Assembly (NCBI GenBank): GCA_964641255.1
Contig: CAZXMM010000001.1
Span: 745,890-809,889, forward strand
Direction of reading: 5' to 3'
DNA length: 64,000 bases
Origin: an uncultured Gammaproteobacteria bacterium
GTDB taxonomy: Bacteria > Patescibacteriota > Microgenomatia > JAMCZE01
This document shows positions 8,721 to 16,126 of this stretch, piece by piece; the first letter of the stretch is position 1, and each line of letters begins with the position of its first letter. The position numbers were made by a program, and so were the translations under genes. The notes below the pieces were generated by a model. The model saw only the letters and a list, made by a program, of their open reading frames with translations, was not told the origin of the DNA and did no database searches.

Positions 8721-9506
8721 ATGAGGTTACTGCTGCCCAATTTAATCGTAGTTTGTCTGTTGTTCTGTAGCGTTTTTTTAGCCACTCCGGTTTCCGCTGA
8801 CTTTGCCAAAGCTTATCAAGATTATCTCTATAACAATACTCTCTATAAAGAAAACTATACGAATTATCAGGTCGCCAAGTCTACTTTTTTAACGTACCGT
8901 ACTAACTCGGCAGAAAACGACGCTATTATTGCCCTTAGGAAAGTGTTGCAGAGCCGCAACCAACTAATGGTGGTTTACTATGATTTGCTCTTTGAAAAGC
9001 TCCTGGTGACTCCCGGAATTAGTGACGACTACAAAACCACTTTTGGCAGTATCCGCACTAGCGAGCAAACCTGGCTGGCCGCTAATAAATTAAAGATCGA
9101 GGCGGCAGCCACCCTCCTGGATTTAAACTCAGTCTCCGGAGAATTTGAAGGGCGCTACCGGCAAATGGATAGCGAAACCAAGCAGGCTCTAGGGAGTGTG
9201 CTGTTAGCCAAAGAGCGAGTGCTAAGAGAAGAAGTAAACGCTGCGGTCGCCAGCGTTGGTGGTCAACTAACAGCTATGGATCTGGCTGGAGAAGACACCA
9301 CTATCTATAAACGCAATCTAATCGGTACCCAGAATAAACTGGAGCTGTTTGACGAGAAGATGGGTAGTGCCCAAAAGACACTGATTCGGCCGATTGGCGA
9401 GCCGGTAGAAGTTTTCCAGGGGCAACAACAATTAGCCGAAGCCAACCAATATTTAAGAGATATGGTCAGTAGTTTACTGGAAATTATTCGCTTAATTACG
9501 AGATAG
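8721..9506 (+). CDS. Secreted hypothetical protein (signal peptide)
   Basis: N-terminal LLLPNLIVVCLLFCSVFLATPVSA is signal-peptide-like. No known motifs. Confidence 0.5.
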   Translation: MRLLLPNLIVVCLLFCSVFLATPVSADFAKAYQDYLYNNTLYKENYTNYQVAKSTFLTYRTNSAENDAIIALRKVLQSRNQLMVVYYDLLFEKLLVTPGISDDYKTTFGSIRTSEQTWLAANKLKIEAAATLLDLNSVSGEFEGRYRQMDSETKQALGSVLLAKERVLREEVNAAVASVGGQLTAMDLAGEDTTIYKRNLIGTQNKLELFDEKMGSAQKTLIRPIGEPVEVFQGQQQLAEANQYLRDMVSSLLEIIRLITR

Positions 9507-9522
9507 TAAATCTTAAAACATT

Positions 9523-9921
9523 ATGGACGAACCACTTACTAACCCAGCCGTAAGTCCGCCAGTCAACCCGGTAGTAAATGACAGTGCTAAAGGAGTAGAA
9601 CCCAGTCCCAGACACTGGGGATTTAAAACCATCCTTCTGCTAGCATTGGGTGGGGTAATAGTTTTACTGGGCCTGTTCTATTTAGTGTTGGTGCTTTTTT
9701 CTCGGCCCAAAACTATCCCAGTGCCCACTCCCAAACCCAAAGTAGTCATTAAAGAAGAAATTATTGAGACTCCACCGCTGTCCAAATTTGCCAGCGACAG
9801 CGCTATTATTAGCCTCCGCACTAGTCTACAACAATTGCAGGGAAAGATTGACACTGTAGACTTTTATGAGGCGCAGATCACCCCGCCACTAATTGATACC
9901 AGTATTGCTATCCAGCCATAA
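9523..9921 (+). CDS. Hypothetical single-pass membrane protein with Pro-rich N-terminus
   Basis: PAVSPPVNPVVN, then TM helix TILLLALGGVIVLLGLFYLVLVLF. Confidence 0.45.
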   Translation: MDEPLTNPAVSPPVNPVVNDSAKGVEPSPRHWGFKTILLLALGGVIVLLGLFYLVLVLFSRPKTIPVPTPKPKVVIKEEIIETPPLSKFASDSAIISLRTSLQQLQGKIDTVDFYEAQITPPLIDTSIAIQP

Positions 9922-9941
9922 GACCCGGAAAGAAATGACCC

Positions 9942-9970
9942 TTGTCTTAGCTTGGACCCTAATCTAAAAT
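9942..9970 (+). promoter_or_regulatory. Sigma70-like promoter TTGTCT, 17-nt spacer, TAAAAT; the -10 box ends 6 nt before the tig ATG (leaderless arrangement)
   Basis: TTGTCT 9942-9947, 17-nt spacer, TAAAAT 9965-9970, ATG at 9977. Confidence 0.45.
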
Positions 9971-9976
9971 AGCCAC

Positions 9977-10846
9977 ATGACTACCGCACTCACTAGGCTC
10001 TCTGGTTCGGCTTTCGAACTGACCCTCACGGTTCCTTGGGCTGATGTTAAAGCCGTCTACGATCACGTGTTTGACGAGCTCGCGGCCGAGATTGAAATTG
10101 AGGGTTTTCGTAAAGGCAAAGCCCCCAAAGAAGCGGTGGCCGCCAAACTGGACAAAGGCAAGATTTACGGCGAGGTTGTTAACCACCTCCTCCCCGAGGC
10201 TTATTCTAAAGCACTAGCTGAGCACAATCTTAAGCCGGTCATGGCCCCCAAAGTGCAGGTGACTTCCGCTGAGGAGGACAAAGAGTGGCAGTTCATTGTT
10301 AGGGCCGCAGAAAAACCCACCATTGAGCTGGGTAATTACCAGGAAGCTATAAAAGCAGCCAACGCCAAAGGCCTGATCTGGACTCCTGACAAAGCGGCAG
10401 ACGCTAAAACTGAGGCGGATCCGAAAAATGAGCAAGAGGCCAAAAACAAAAAGCTCTCAGCGGTTATTGACCTGCTAATTAGCACAGTTAAAGTGGATAT
10501 TGCCGATATTTTAATCGAGGCCGAGACCAATCGGCTTTTGACGGCTCTTCTTGAGGATGTGCGCCAAGCGGGACTGACCTACGAACAATACCTCCAGAGC
10601 AGTGGTCAAACCGCCGAGGCGGTTAGAGAAAAGTACAAGAACCAGGCACTGACCACCCTCAAGCTCGAGTTCATCCTGGAAGCGGTCGCCGACGACCTTA
10701 AAACTCAGGTCAGTGAGGAGGAAATTAGCGCCATTATTGCCAAGGAAACTGACGAAGAGAAAAAGAAAGCCCTGACTGAGCAGTCCTATCTGCTAGCTTC
10801 TGTTCTTAGACGCGAAAAGACGCTCACTCAGCTCTTGTCACTCTAG
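9977..10846 (+). CDS. tig: Trigger factor, reduced form (N-terminal ribosome-binding domain plus C-terminal domain; PPIase domain absent)
   Basis: IEGFRKGKAPKEAV matches the trigger factor signature (I/V)DGFRKGKVP. 289 aa versus about 430 aa in full-length trigger factor. Confidence 0.7.
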   Translation: MTTALTRLSGSAFELTLTVPWADVKAVYDHVFDELAAEIEIEGFRKGKAPKEAVAAKLDKGKIYGEVVNHLLPEAYSKALAEHNLKPVMAPKVQVTSAEEDKEWQFIVRAAEKPTIELGNYQEAIKAANAKGLIWTPDKAADAKTEADPKNEQEAKNKKLSAVIDLLISTVKVDIADILIEAETNRLLTALLEDVRQAGLTYEQYLQSSGQTAEAVREKYKNQALTTLKLEFILEAVADDLKTQVSEEEISAIIAKETDEEKKKALTEQSYLLASVLRREKTLTQLLSL

Positions 10847-10863
10847 ACAGCCTGTAGTATAAT
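10835..10863 (+). promoter_or_regulatory. Sigma70-like promoter TTGTCA, 17-nt spacer, TATAAT, overlapping the tig stop; the next gene has an AGGTAGGGG Shine-Dalgarno
   Basis: TTGTCA 10835-10840, 17-nt spacer, TATAAT 10858-10863. Confidence 0.5.
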
Positions 10864-10889
10864 TGCCCATACAAATCAGGTAGGGGCAT

Positions 10890-11522
10890 ATGGCCAACAT
10901 TCAAAAAATTAAGCGTCCAATTGAAGACTTCACCTCCGAAATCGCCGGAGAGCTGGCTAGTGTTCCCAAAGACATCGGCAAATCCATTCTCCAGGAAATT
11001 GGTCTGGGCGGACTAGTCGGCAGTTCTGAAAAGAAAGTTGATGGCAAATTAGAAGGCTCTATTGATCTACGGAAAAAAATCGACTCTACTGAGAAAAAGT
11101 TGGCTAGCACTGAGGTCTCGATGGAGGCCAAAATGCGCCAAATGCGCTTTGTTAATGAGAGCGAAAGTAAGGAGCTGGCCCGCACTAAACAGACCATGCA
11201 ACAGCAAGTTGAGGCCCTCCTGAGAGAGCTGCGAGCCGAAGCTGCTAAAATCCAGGCCCAAACGGCAGATCTGACTGGGGAAGCAAGAAATCTCTCGGTC
11301 AGTAGTACCCCAAATAACCTGGGCCAGTACCATGTCAATTTCTTTGAGTACGTGATCAGCTCTCTTAAAGATATTCGCCGCAAAGTTAATGAGAGTCGCA
11401 TGTGGCTCAATCTCTGGACCAGAAAAAAGCAGCAACGTGGCTATTGGCAACAGTTTAAGAAAAAGGGCGGTATGGAGTGGGCCATGAATGAAGAAAGAGC
11501 TTTAGCAACATCAAATGGATGA
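10890..11522 (+). CDS. Hypothetical coiled-coil protein
   Basis: 210-aa ORF, Lys/Glu/Gln-rich heptad-like sequence, no known motifs. Confidence 0.45.
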   Translation: MANIQKIKRPIEDFTSEIAGELASVPKDIGKSILQEIGLGGLVGSSEKKVDGKLEGSIDLRKKIDSTEKKLASTEVSMEAKMRQMRFVNESESKELARTKQTMQQQVEALLRELRAEAAKIQAQTADLTGEARNLSVSSTPNNLGQYHVNFFEYVISSLKDIRRKVNESRMWLNLWTRKKQQRGYWQQFKKKGGMEWAMNEERALATSNG

Positions 11523-11721
11523 TTTAATTAAAGCAGCTATTCAAAATAAAGAACTAATAATAGGTGGACTATTTGTGTTGGGTTCGCTTCTATACTTGCG
11601 CTCTCAACTGGGCCGAGCTGAGGTGCTGGCGGGGAAAAATTTTCTTGAGGGAAAGTCACAAGTTATCGATAAAAAAGCAGCTGGGGAAATTCTTAAAAGT
11701 CACGCCGATAAAGAACGTTAG
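11515..11721 (+). CDS. Small hypothetical membrane protein
   Basis: 68 aa, one TM segment (LIIGGLFVLGSLLYL); 8-nt overlap with the upstream gene. Confidence 0.3.
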   Translation: MDDLIKAAIQNKELIIGGLFVLGSLLYLRSQLGRAEVLAGKNFLEGKSQVIDKKAAGEILKSHADKER

Positions 11722-11745
11722 ATACCATTTAGCTCGAAATTTTTT

Positions 11746-11976
11746 ATGCAATCTCCCTATTTAGATTTTTTTTGTGCCGCTGCAGCGATTGGTATGGGGG
11801 CGACCGTAATCTGGGCACGCAACGTATATGATGGGTATGTTGTAGGGTCTAGAAAGCGAGACCGTGAACTCAATGATCGGTTAGATACTATCGTAAATCT
11901 TGGGTTTGGCAACGCTGGCCTTAAATTTCAAACGCGCGGTAATCCACTTTTTTCTTCTCACTCTCCAGAGCGCTAA
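11746..11976 (+). CDS. Small hypothetical protein
   Basis: 76-aa ORF in otherwise unassigned space. Confidence 0.25.
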   Translation: MQSPYLDFFCAAAAIGMGATVIWARNVYDGYVVGSRKRDRELNDRLDTIVNLGFGNAGLKFQTRGNPLFSSHSPER

Positions 11977-12003
11977 GGCTAGTGTATAATGCTTCAATGG
12001 GTT

Positions 12004-12077
12004 GGGCTCATAGCTCAGTTGGCTAGAGCGCTACATTGACATTGTAGAGGTCTCAGGTTCAAGTCCTGATGGGCCCA
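12004..12077 (+). tRNA. tRNA-Val (anticodon GAC)
   Basis: Acceptor GGGCTCA/TGGGCCC (one G-U pair), D-arm GCTC-AGTTGGCTA-GAGC, anticodon stem CTACA/TGTAG with loop TTGACAT, T-arm TCAGG-TTCAAGT-CCTGA. Extended -10 box TGTATAAT at 11984-11991. Confidence 0.85.
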
Positions 12078-12092
12078 CAGAGGTTTAAACAA

Positions 12093-12662
12093 ATGGTGAC
12101 ACATTCTTTGGCGATATTATTACTTCTTGGTTTTATTGTTATCTCTGAAAGCTCCAGTAGAACTCCTGGTCCAGCTAAAAAGATGAAAGTGAATGGAAAG
12201 TTCCAATTGCACACTTTTCTTTATTTAGTCTTAACACTTACTGGGATTGCTTTAGGAGTTCTTCTTCTTATTTTTCGCGTGGGCTATATTTCAAATTCCG
12301 AATTGATAGGATGGATTGGTATTGCTTTAATGATTTTAGCCATCTTCCTTAGAACCATTGCCATGAATACACTGGGGAAATACCACACACGATCATTAAT
12401 CACCCTGCCTAATCAACCAATAATACAAACAGGAATATATAAATATATTCGTCATCCTGGATATTTGGGCTCGATAATTGGGGGCATTGGCTTTGCCATA
12501 GCTACAACTAATTGGCTGATTATGGTTTATGCCGCGATAGCCTTGATAGTTGTTTTCCATTTTCGCATTGTCGCTGAAGAAAAAATGATGCTAACTACCT
12601 TTGGAGCAAAATATAAAGAATACTCTTCTAAGACAAAAAGGCTGGTTCCATTCATATTTTAG
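12093..12662 (+). CDS. Isoprenylcysteine carboxyl methyltransferase (ICMT/PEMT) family membrane methyltransferase
   Basis: C-terminal signature RHPGYLGSIIGGIGFAI...W...EEKMMLTTFGAKYKEY...RLVPFIF. The track ORF starts inside tRNA-Val, so the start is moved to ATG 12093. Confidence 0.75.
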   Translation: MVTHSLAILLLLGFIVISESSSRTPGPAKKMKVNGKFQLHTFLYLVLTLTGIALGVLLLIFRVGYISNSELIGWIGIALMILAIFLRTIAMNTLGKYHTRSLITLPNQPIIQTGIYKYIRHPGYLGSIIGGIGFAIATTNWLIMVYAAIALIVVFHFRIVAEEKMMLTTFGAKYKEYSSKTKRLVPFIF

Positions 12663-12771
12663 AAACTTGAGCATTAAACGATGGCAGTAATTTCCGATAT
12701 TCACTCAAAAGCGGTTCAATGTCGTTAACATAGGACCCACCAAAGCTGAACAGGTCTTCGGAAAGGTCCAT
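12652..12771 (-). CDS. Small ORF (39 aa, MDLSEDLFSFGGSYVNDIEPLLSEYRKLLPSFNAQVSKI) containing repeat copy 1
   Basis: ATG at 12771, TGA at 12652. A second, start-less copy of the same peptide (FGGPYVNNIEPLLSEY...) lies at about 13512-13608, with mostly synonymous differences. Confidence 0.3.
   Translation of the reverse strand: MDLSEDLFSFGGSYVNDIEPLLSEYRKLLPSFNAQVSKI
12696..12750. repeat. Direct repeat copy 1 (about 55 bp, roughly 80% identical to 13546-13606)
   Basis: GATATTCACTCAAAAGCGGTTCAATGTCGTTAACATAGGACCCACCAAAGCT versus GATATACTCACTTAGCAGTGGTTCAATGTTGTTAACATAGGGCCCACCAAAAGTT. Confidence 0.6.
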
Positions 12772-12832
12772 TTACTAAACTGGTATACGGTCTTATTGTG
12801 GAAAATACGGAAGACTCTTCGATATTCGATTA

Positions 12833-13477
12833 CTAATCAAATAAGTAGCCTTCTACATCTGAATCAAAATCAGGCCCATCATCGTCAGGGTGCTTAGCCA
12901 TACTAGCAAGATCTTGGGCAAATTGATCAGAATTCAAATAATCTGAATTCCATCGTCTGGAAAAATTCTCAAGCAAATTAACTACTGTCTCTAAATTGCT
13001 CTTTCTATCCTGGCCCTTATTAGATCTGACTTTAAGTTCATCTAATCTAGAGACATCTCCTTCAACTAAAATAAATGACTCACTTTCAATTCGGCCTTCT
13101 GCCCACATTTTTCTAACAAGTTCAATCTTTGCTACCTTTTTGGCTTTGTTGTATGTCCCGGCAAGTTTGAACTGCGGTACTTTCCTCTCACCATCATTAA
13201 AGCTATAACCCATCACTTTCATGTTTGGCATTGATTCTGACGCGAAATCAATTCGATCTGGATCTTCGTCGGATAGATAGATCCGTTCCGCAGCATTTTC
13301 ATTTCCATCTGGAGTAAGTCGCCAAATAGTTTCTTCGTCTCGGGAATCAAGATAGGGAACTCCTATTGCCGCTGCTCTGTGTCTAAATGTATCAGCTATA
13401 TCGACTATCCGGTTTATACTTTGTGACAAGCGAGTTTCTGGAAGCACGGGGATTTCTCTAGCATCAGAGTTTAGCAT
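12833..13477 (-). CDS. Hypothetical protein with acidic C-terminus, flanked by direct repeats
   Basis: 214-aa ORF, C-terminus DDDGPDFDSDVEGYLFD, no recognisable motifs. Confidence 0.5.
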   Translation of the reverse strand: MLNSDAREIPVLPETRLSQSINRIVDIADTFRHRAAAIGVPYLDSRDEETIWRLTPDGNENAAERIYLSDEDPDRIDFASESMPNMKVMGYSFNDGERKVPQFKLAGTYNKAKKVAKIELVRKMWAEGRIESESFILVEGDVSRLDELKVRSNKGQDRKSNLETVVNLLENFSRRWNSDYLNSDQFAQDLASMAKHPDDDGPDFDSDVEGYLFD

Positions 13478-13545
13478 ACATCATTCTATCACTAATTTTT
13501 CCCGTTGCTACTTATCCCCAATGGGGAGCACTTAATTCTTGATAT

Positions 13546-13606
13546 AATCGGATATACTCACTTAGCAGTGGTTCAATGTTGTTAACATAGGGCCCACCAA
13601 AAGTTT
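13546..13606. repeat. Direct repeat copy 2
   Basis: See 12696-12750. On the minus strand it encodes ..FGGPYVNNIEPLLSEYIRLYQELSAPHWG* without a start codon. Confidence 0.6.
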
Positions 13607-13621
13607 TAAATAGAAAACACT

Positions 13622-14233
13622 ATGATTAAGGCAATCACGTTTGATCTCGACGGTGTCTATTTCCCTGATGGCAAAACTAACTTTATAACAGCTCTTAGAG
13701 AACGTGGGGTTTCCGAGGAGGAAGCCAAGCGGGTCTTCCTTAAGAGCGAGGAAATGAATAGTCGCTACAAGCTCGGAGCGATGTCAGATAAGGAATATTG
13801 GACTTGGGCTGGTAAAGAATGGGGGTTAGATCTCTCGCCTCAACAACTTATTGATCTGCTCATCTCTAGCTATAGTGTTAGCCCTCAGGTTGAGGAGATA
13901 GTACGGTCGGCTCGGGTCAAGGGCTTTAAAACCCTAGTTTGTTCAAATAACTTTCCCGCTCGGGTAAACGGCCTTCAGCAACGGTTCAATTTTTTAAATA
14001 ATTTTGATGCAGCTGTATTTTCCTACGAAGTAGCCGCTACAAAACCCTCGGAAGTTATTTTTGTTGAACTGGTTAAACGGGCGGGAGTCTTAGCTAATGA
14101 AATTGCCTTTGCCGATGACAATCCTACTAATTTAGCAGGCGCTCAGTCGGTTGGGATTACAACTTTTCTTTATGAAGGCTTTGATAAGTTTATTGACCAA
14201 CTCAAAGGTCTAGGAGTAGACTTAACAGAATGA
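13622..14233 (+). CDS. HAD-superfamily hydrolase (subfamily IA-like)
   Basis: Motif I ITFDLDGVYF (DxDG); a conserved S/T, K and Asp-rich motif IV FADDNPTN are plausible. Confidence 0.8.
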   Translation: MIKAITFDLDGVYFPDGKTNFITALRERGVSEEEAKRVFLKSEEMNSRYKLGAMSDKEYWTWAGKEWGLDLSPQQLIDLLISSYSVSPQVEEIVRSARVKGFKTLVCSNNFPARVNGLQQRFNFLNNFDAAVFSYEVAATKPSEVIFVELVKRAGVLANEIAFADDNPTNLAGAQSVGITTFLYEGFDKFIDQLKGLGVDLTE

Positions 14234-14712
14234 TCCAAAGTAACGCTCCCAAAAATTACGAGTGCCCAATCTGTCTTGGAGTACAAGGCAGTGACAGTGC
14301 AAAAACCCTAATGAGACCTAGTGATCTAGTCTATAAAGATGAGTTGGTCTCAGCTTTTATTAACTCGTTCTTTGTTGGAAAGAATTCCGGACACGTCATT
14401 GTGGTTCCCAACGAACACTACGAAACTATTTACACACTGCCAACCGAGTTAGGACACCGTATTTTTGATGTCGCCCAAAAAATTGCACTGGCTATGAAAG
14501 AAGCGTACCAGTGTGACGGCATTACAACCAGGAATAATAATGAGCCAGCCGGGGATCAGCACGCCTTCCATTTTCATTTCCATGTGTTCCCTCGCTACAA
14601 GGATGACGGCTATAACACTATCCCTCCATCGGACAAACGCTTGGCCGAACCGACGGAACGGGCTGGTTATGCTGTTAAAATAAAAGCCGCGTTGAATAGG
14701 CCGAACACCTAA
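14230..14712 (+). CDS. HIT (histidine triad) family protein
   Basis: HFHFHVFPRY is the HxHxHxx histidine triad. ATGA overlap with the upstream HAD gene. Confidence 0.85.
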   Translation: MIQSNAPKNYECPICLGVQGSDSAKTLMRPSDLVYKDELVSAFINSFFVGKNSGHVIVVPNEHYETIYTLPTELGHRIFDVAQKIALAMKEAYQCDGITTRNNNEPAGDQHAFHFHFHVFPRYKDDGYNTIPPSDKRLAEPTERAGYAVKIKAALNRPNT

Positions 14713-15133
14713 AGCTCCACTAGTAAAGACTATGTTAGAAGCGCATCCAGTCTATTAGCGCCATTTACTTTGGTCCGCAATCCAGTCCTCTTTTACTATA
14801 AGACTTTAGTTGCTACAATCTTACCATGGGAGTAAAAGTAAAGATTGAGGGGAATTGCAGTGAGGCGCCCAATTGTTCTCTTTTGCGACAATATCCACTT
14901 GTGTGTCAAATTCATGAGAGACAATATTTTGGACGAGGAAGTGATGAAAAGACGGCGAGAAATCAGGCCCGTAGCAAAGCTACACATCCACAAAAACTTG
15001 TTTTTGATAATTACCGAAGATTTAATTTACGCTGTAAAAAAGCCGAATTTACCTGGACACTTTTAAGTTCAACCCAACCCACAGCAGATAAAAATTAATT
15101 GATTGGATAGTACTTACCTATATTCGCTAGCTC

Positions 15134-15397
15134 ATGGAAGATGCTGATAGATCTGTAACTATACAATTTACGAATTCTCACCTTGGAGTGGTGGGTGGAC
15201 TGGGAAGTAGTCCTAGACGACTGGGGATTGACGGACCGGTGGAAGGGAAAGTTCATACTTTCTCAGGTGGAGCGAGAAAACTGGTGTGGTGGAGAGTTGG
15301 GGGTCGAAAACACCCAGAACTAAACGAGTTGGCAAAGCGACGAGCTGATGAAAGATTTGCAGCTTGGAAAGCACAAAATGACCAAGATAATTCATGA
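15134..15397 (+). CDS. Hypothetical protein (87 aa, Gly/Arg-rich)
   Basis: ORF ends 14 nt before the kinase gene. No motifs. This is the best ORF in a 700-bp poorly coding stretch. Confidence 0.3.
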   Translation: MEDADRSVTIQFTNSHLGVVGGLGSSPRRLGIDGPVEGKVHTFSGGARKLVWWRVGGRKHPELNELAKRRADERFAAWKAQNDQDNS

Positions 15398-15411
15398 TAT
15401 GATCAAAAAAT

Positions 15412-15963
15412 ATGTCGCGCATAATCATTGGCCTCATTGGCCAGCCACTTTCTGGAAAAGACACGGTCGCCAGTTACCTCCAAAGTGACCATCACTTCAC
15501 CCACATTAGTACAGGAGATCTGGTGAGGGAGTATATAAAAGACCATAATCTTGGAGCCCCAGACAGGCCGCTGGTTGCCGCCACCGCTAACAAACTTAGG
15601 GCGGTACATGGTAATGATTATTTGGCAAAGATCGCACTACAACAAGGAGGCGATATTGTCGTCAGTGGGCTAAGACACCCCGACGAGGTCACCGCTCTAA
15701 AAAATGCTGGTGGCACCATTATTGTGGTAACTGCACCCCAGCGGAAGCGTTACGAATGGACGATGAGCAGGAAACGCGAGGGAGACAGTCTTAGCTTTGA
15801 GGAATTTAAAAGACAAGAGGAGGCAGAGTACAACGCTAGTTTTGCCAGTGGCCAGCATGTGTTAAAAGTGCTCGCCATGGCTGATAGTGAAATTGTCAAC
15901 GACGGGACGCTTGATGATCTCAAGAGTAAAGTCCACGAGCTTCTAAAGACACTCTTGCAATAA
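15412..15963 (+). CDS. P-loop nucleoside-monophosphate kinase (adenylate-kinase-family-like)
   Basis: Walker A GQPLSGKDT, and HISTGDLVR resembles the adenylate kinase ISTGDMLR motif. 183 aa, no obvious LID domain. Confidence 0.55.
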   Translation: MSRIIIGLIGQPLSGKDTVASYLQSDHHFTHISTGDLVREYIKDHNLGAPDRPLVAATANKLRAVHGNDYLAKIALQQGGDIVVSGLRHPDEVTALKNAGGTIIVVTAPQRKRYEWTMSRKREGDSLSFEEFKRQEEAEYNASFASGQHVLKVLAMADSEIVNDGTLDDLKSKVHELLKTLLQ

Positions 15964-16126
15964 GACTCAAACGGGGTACAATAGAAAGCAGTTACATTTC
16001 AGCGCCCGCATGAGACTACCAACCTCAAAGCTGAACTGATCCAGCAGACTCGGGAGTTAATTAAGCCACCAAGTCGGATGGAACCGAGCACCGAAGTGCT
16101 CTCCGAGATGACAGTGGCTCTTTTTT

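Noticed and set aside
10901-11450. Antisense ORFs (169 and 127 aa) within the coiled-coil gene 10890-11522
   Set aside because: Low-complexity Ser/Leu/Arg-rich shadow frames of a K/E/Q-rich sense gene.
12069-12092. ORF-track start of the ICMT gene at 12069
   Set aside because: It lies inside the tRNA-Val 3' end; the ATG at 12093 is used instead.
15220-15260. Possible SRP RNA helix-8-like motif (GACGGACCGGTGGAAGGGAAAG)
   Set aside because: It only loosely resembles GGUCCGGAAGGAAGCAGCC. The flanking sequence lacks the conserved 5' and 3' pairing, and it is better explained as part of the 87-aa ORF.
15964-16126. T-box riboswitch upstream of thrS
   Set aside because: No match to the T-box consensus (AATTAGGGTGGNACCGCG) and no plausible specifier loop. 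Only a generic hairpin was found.
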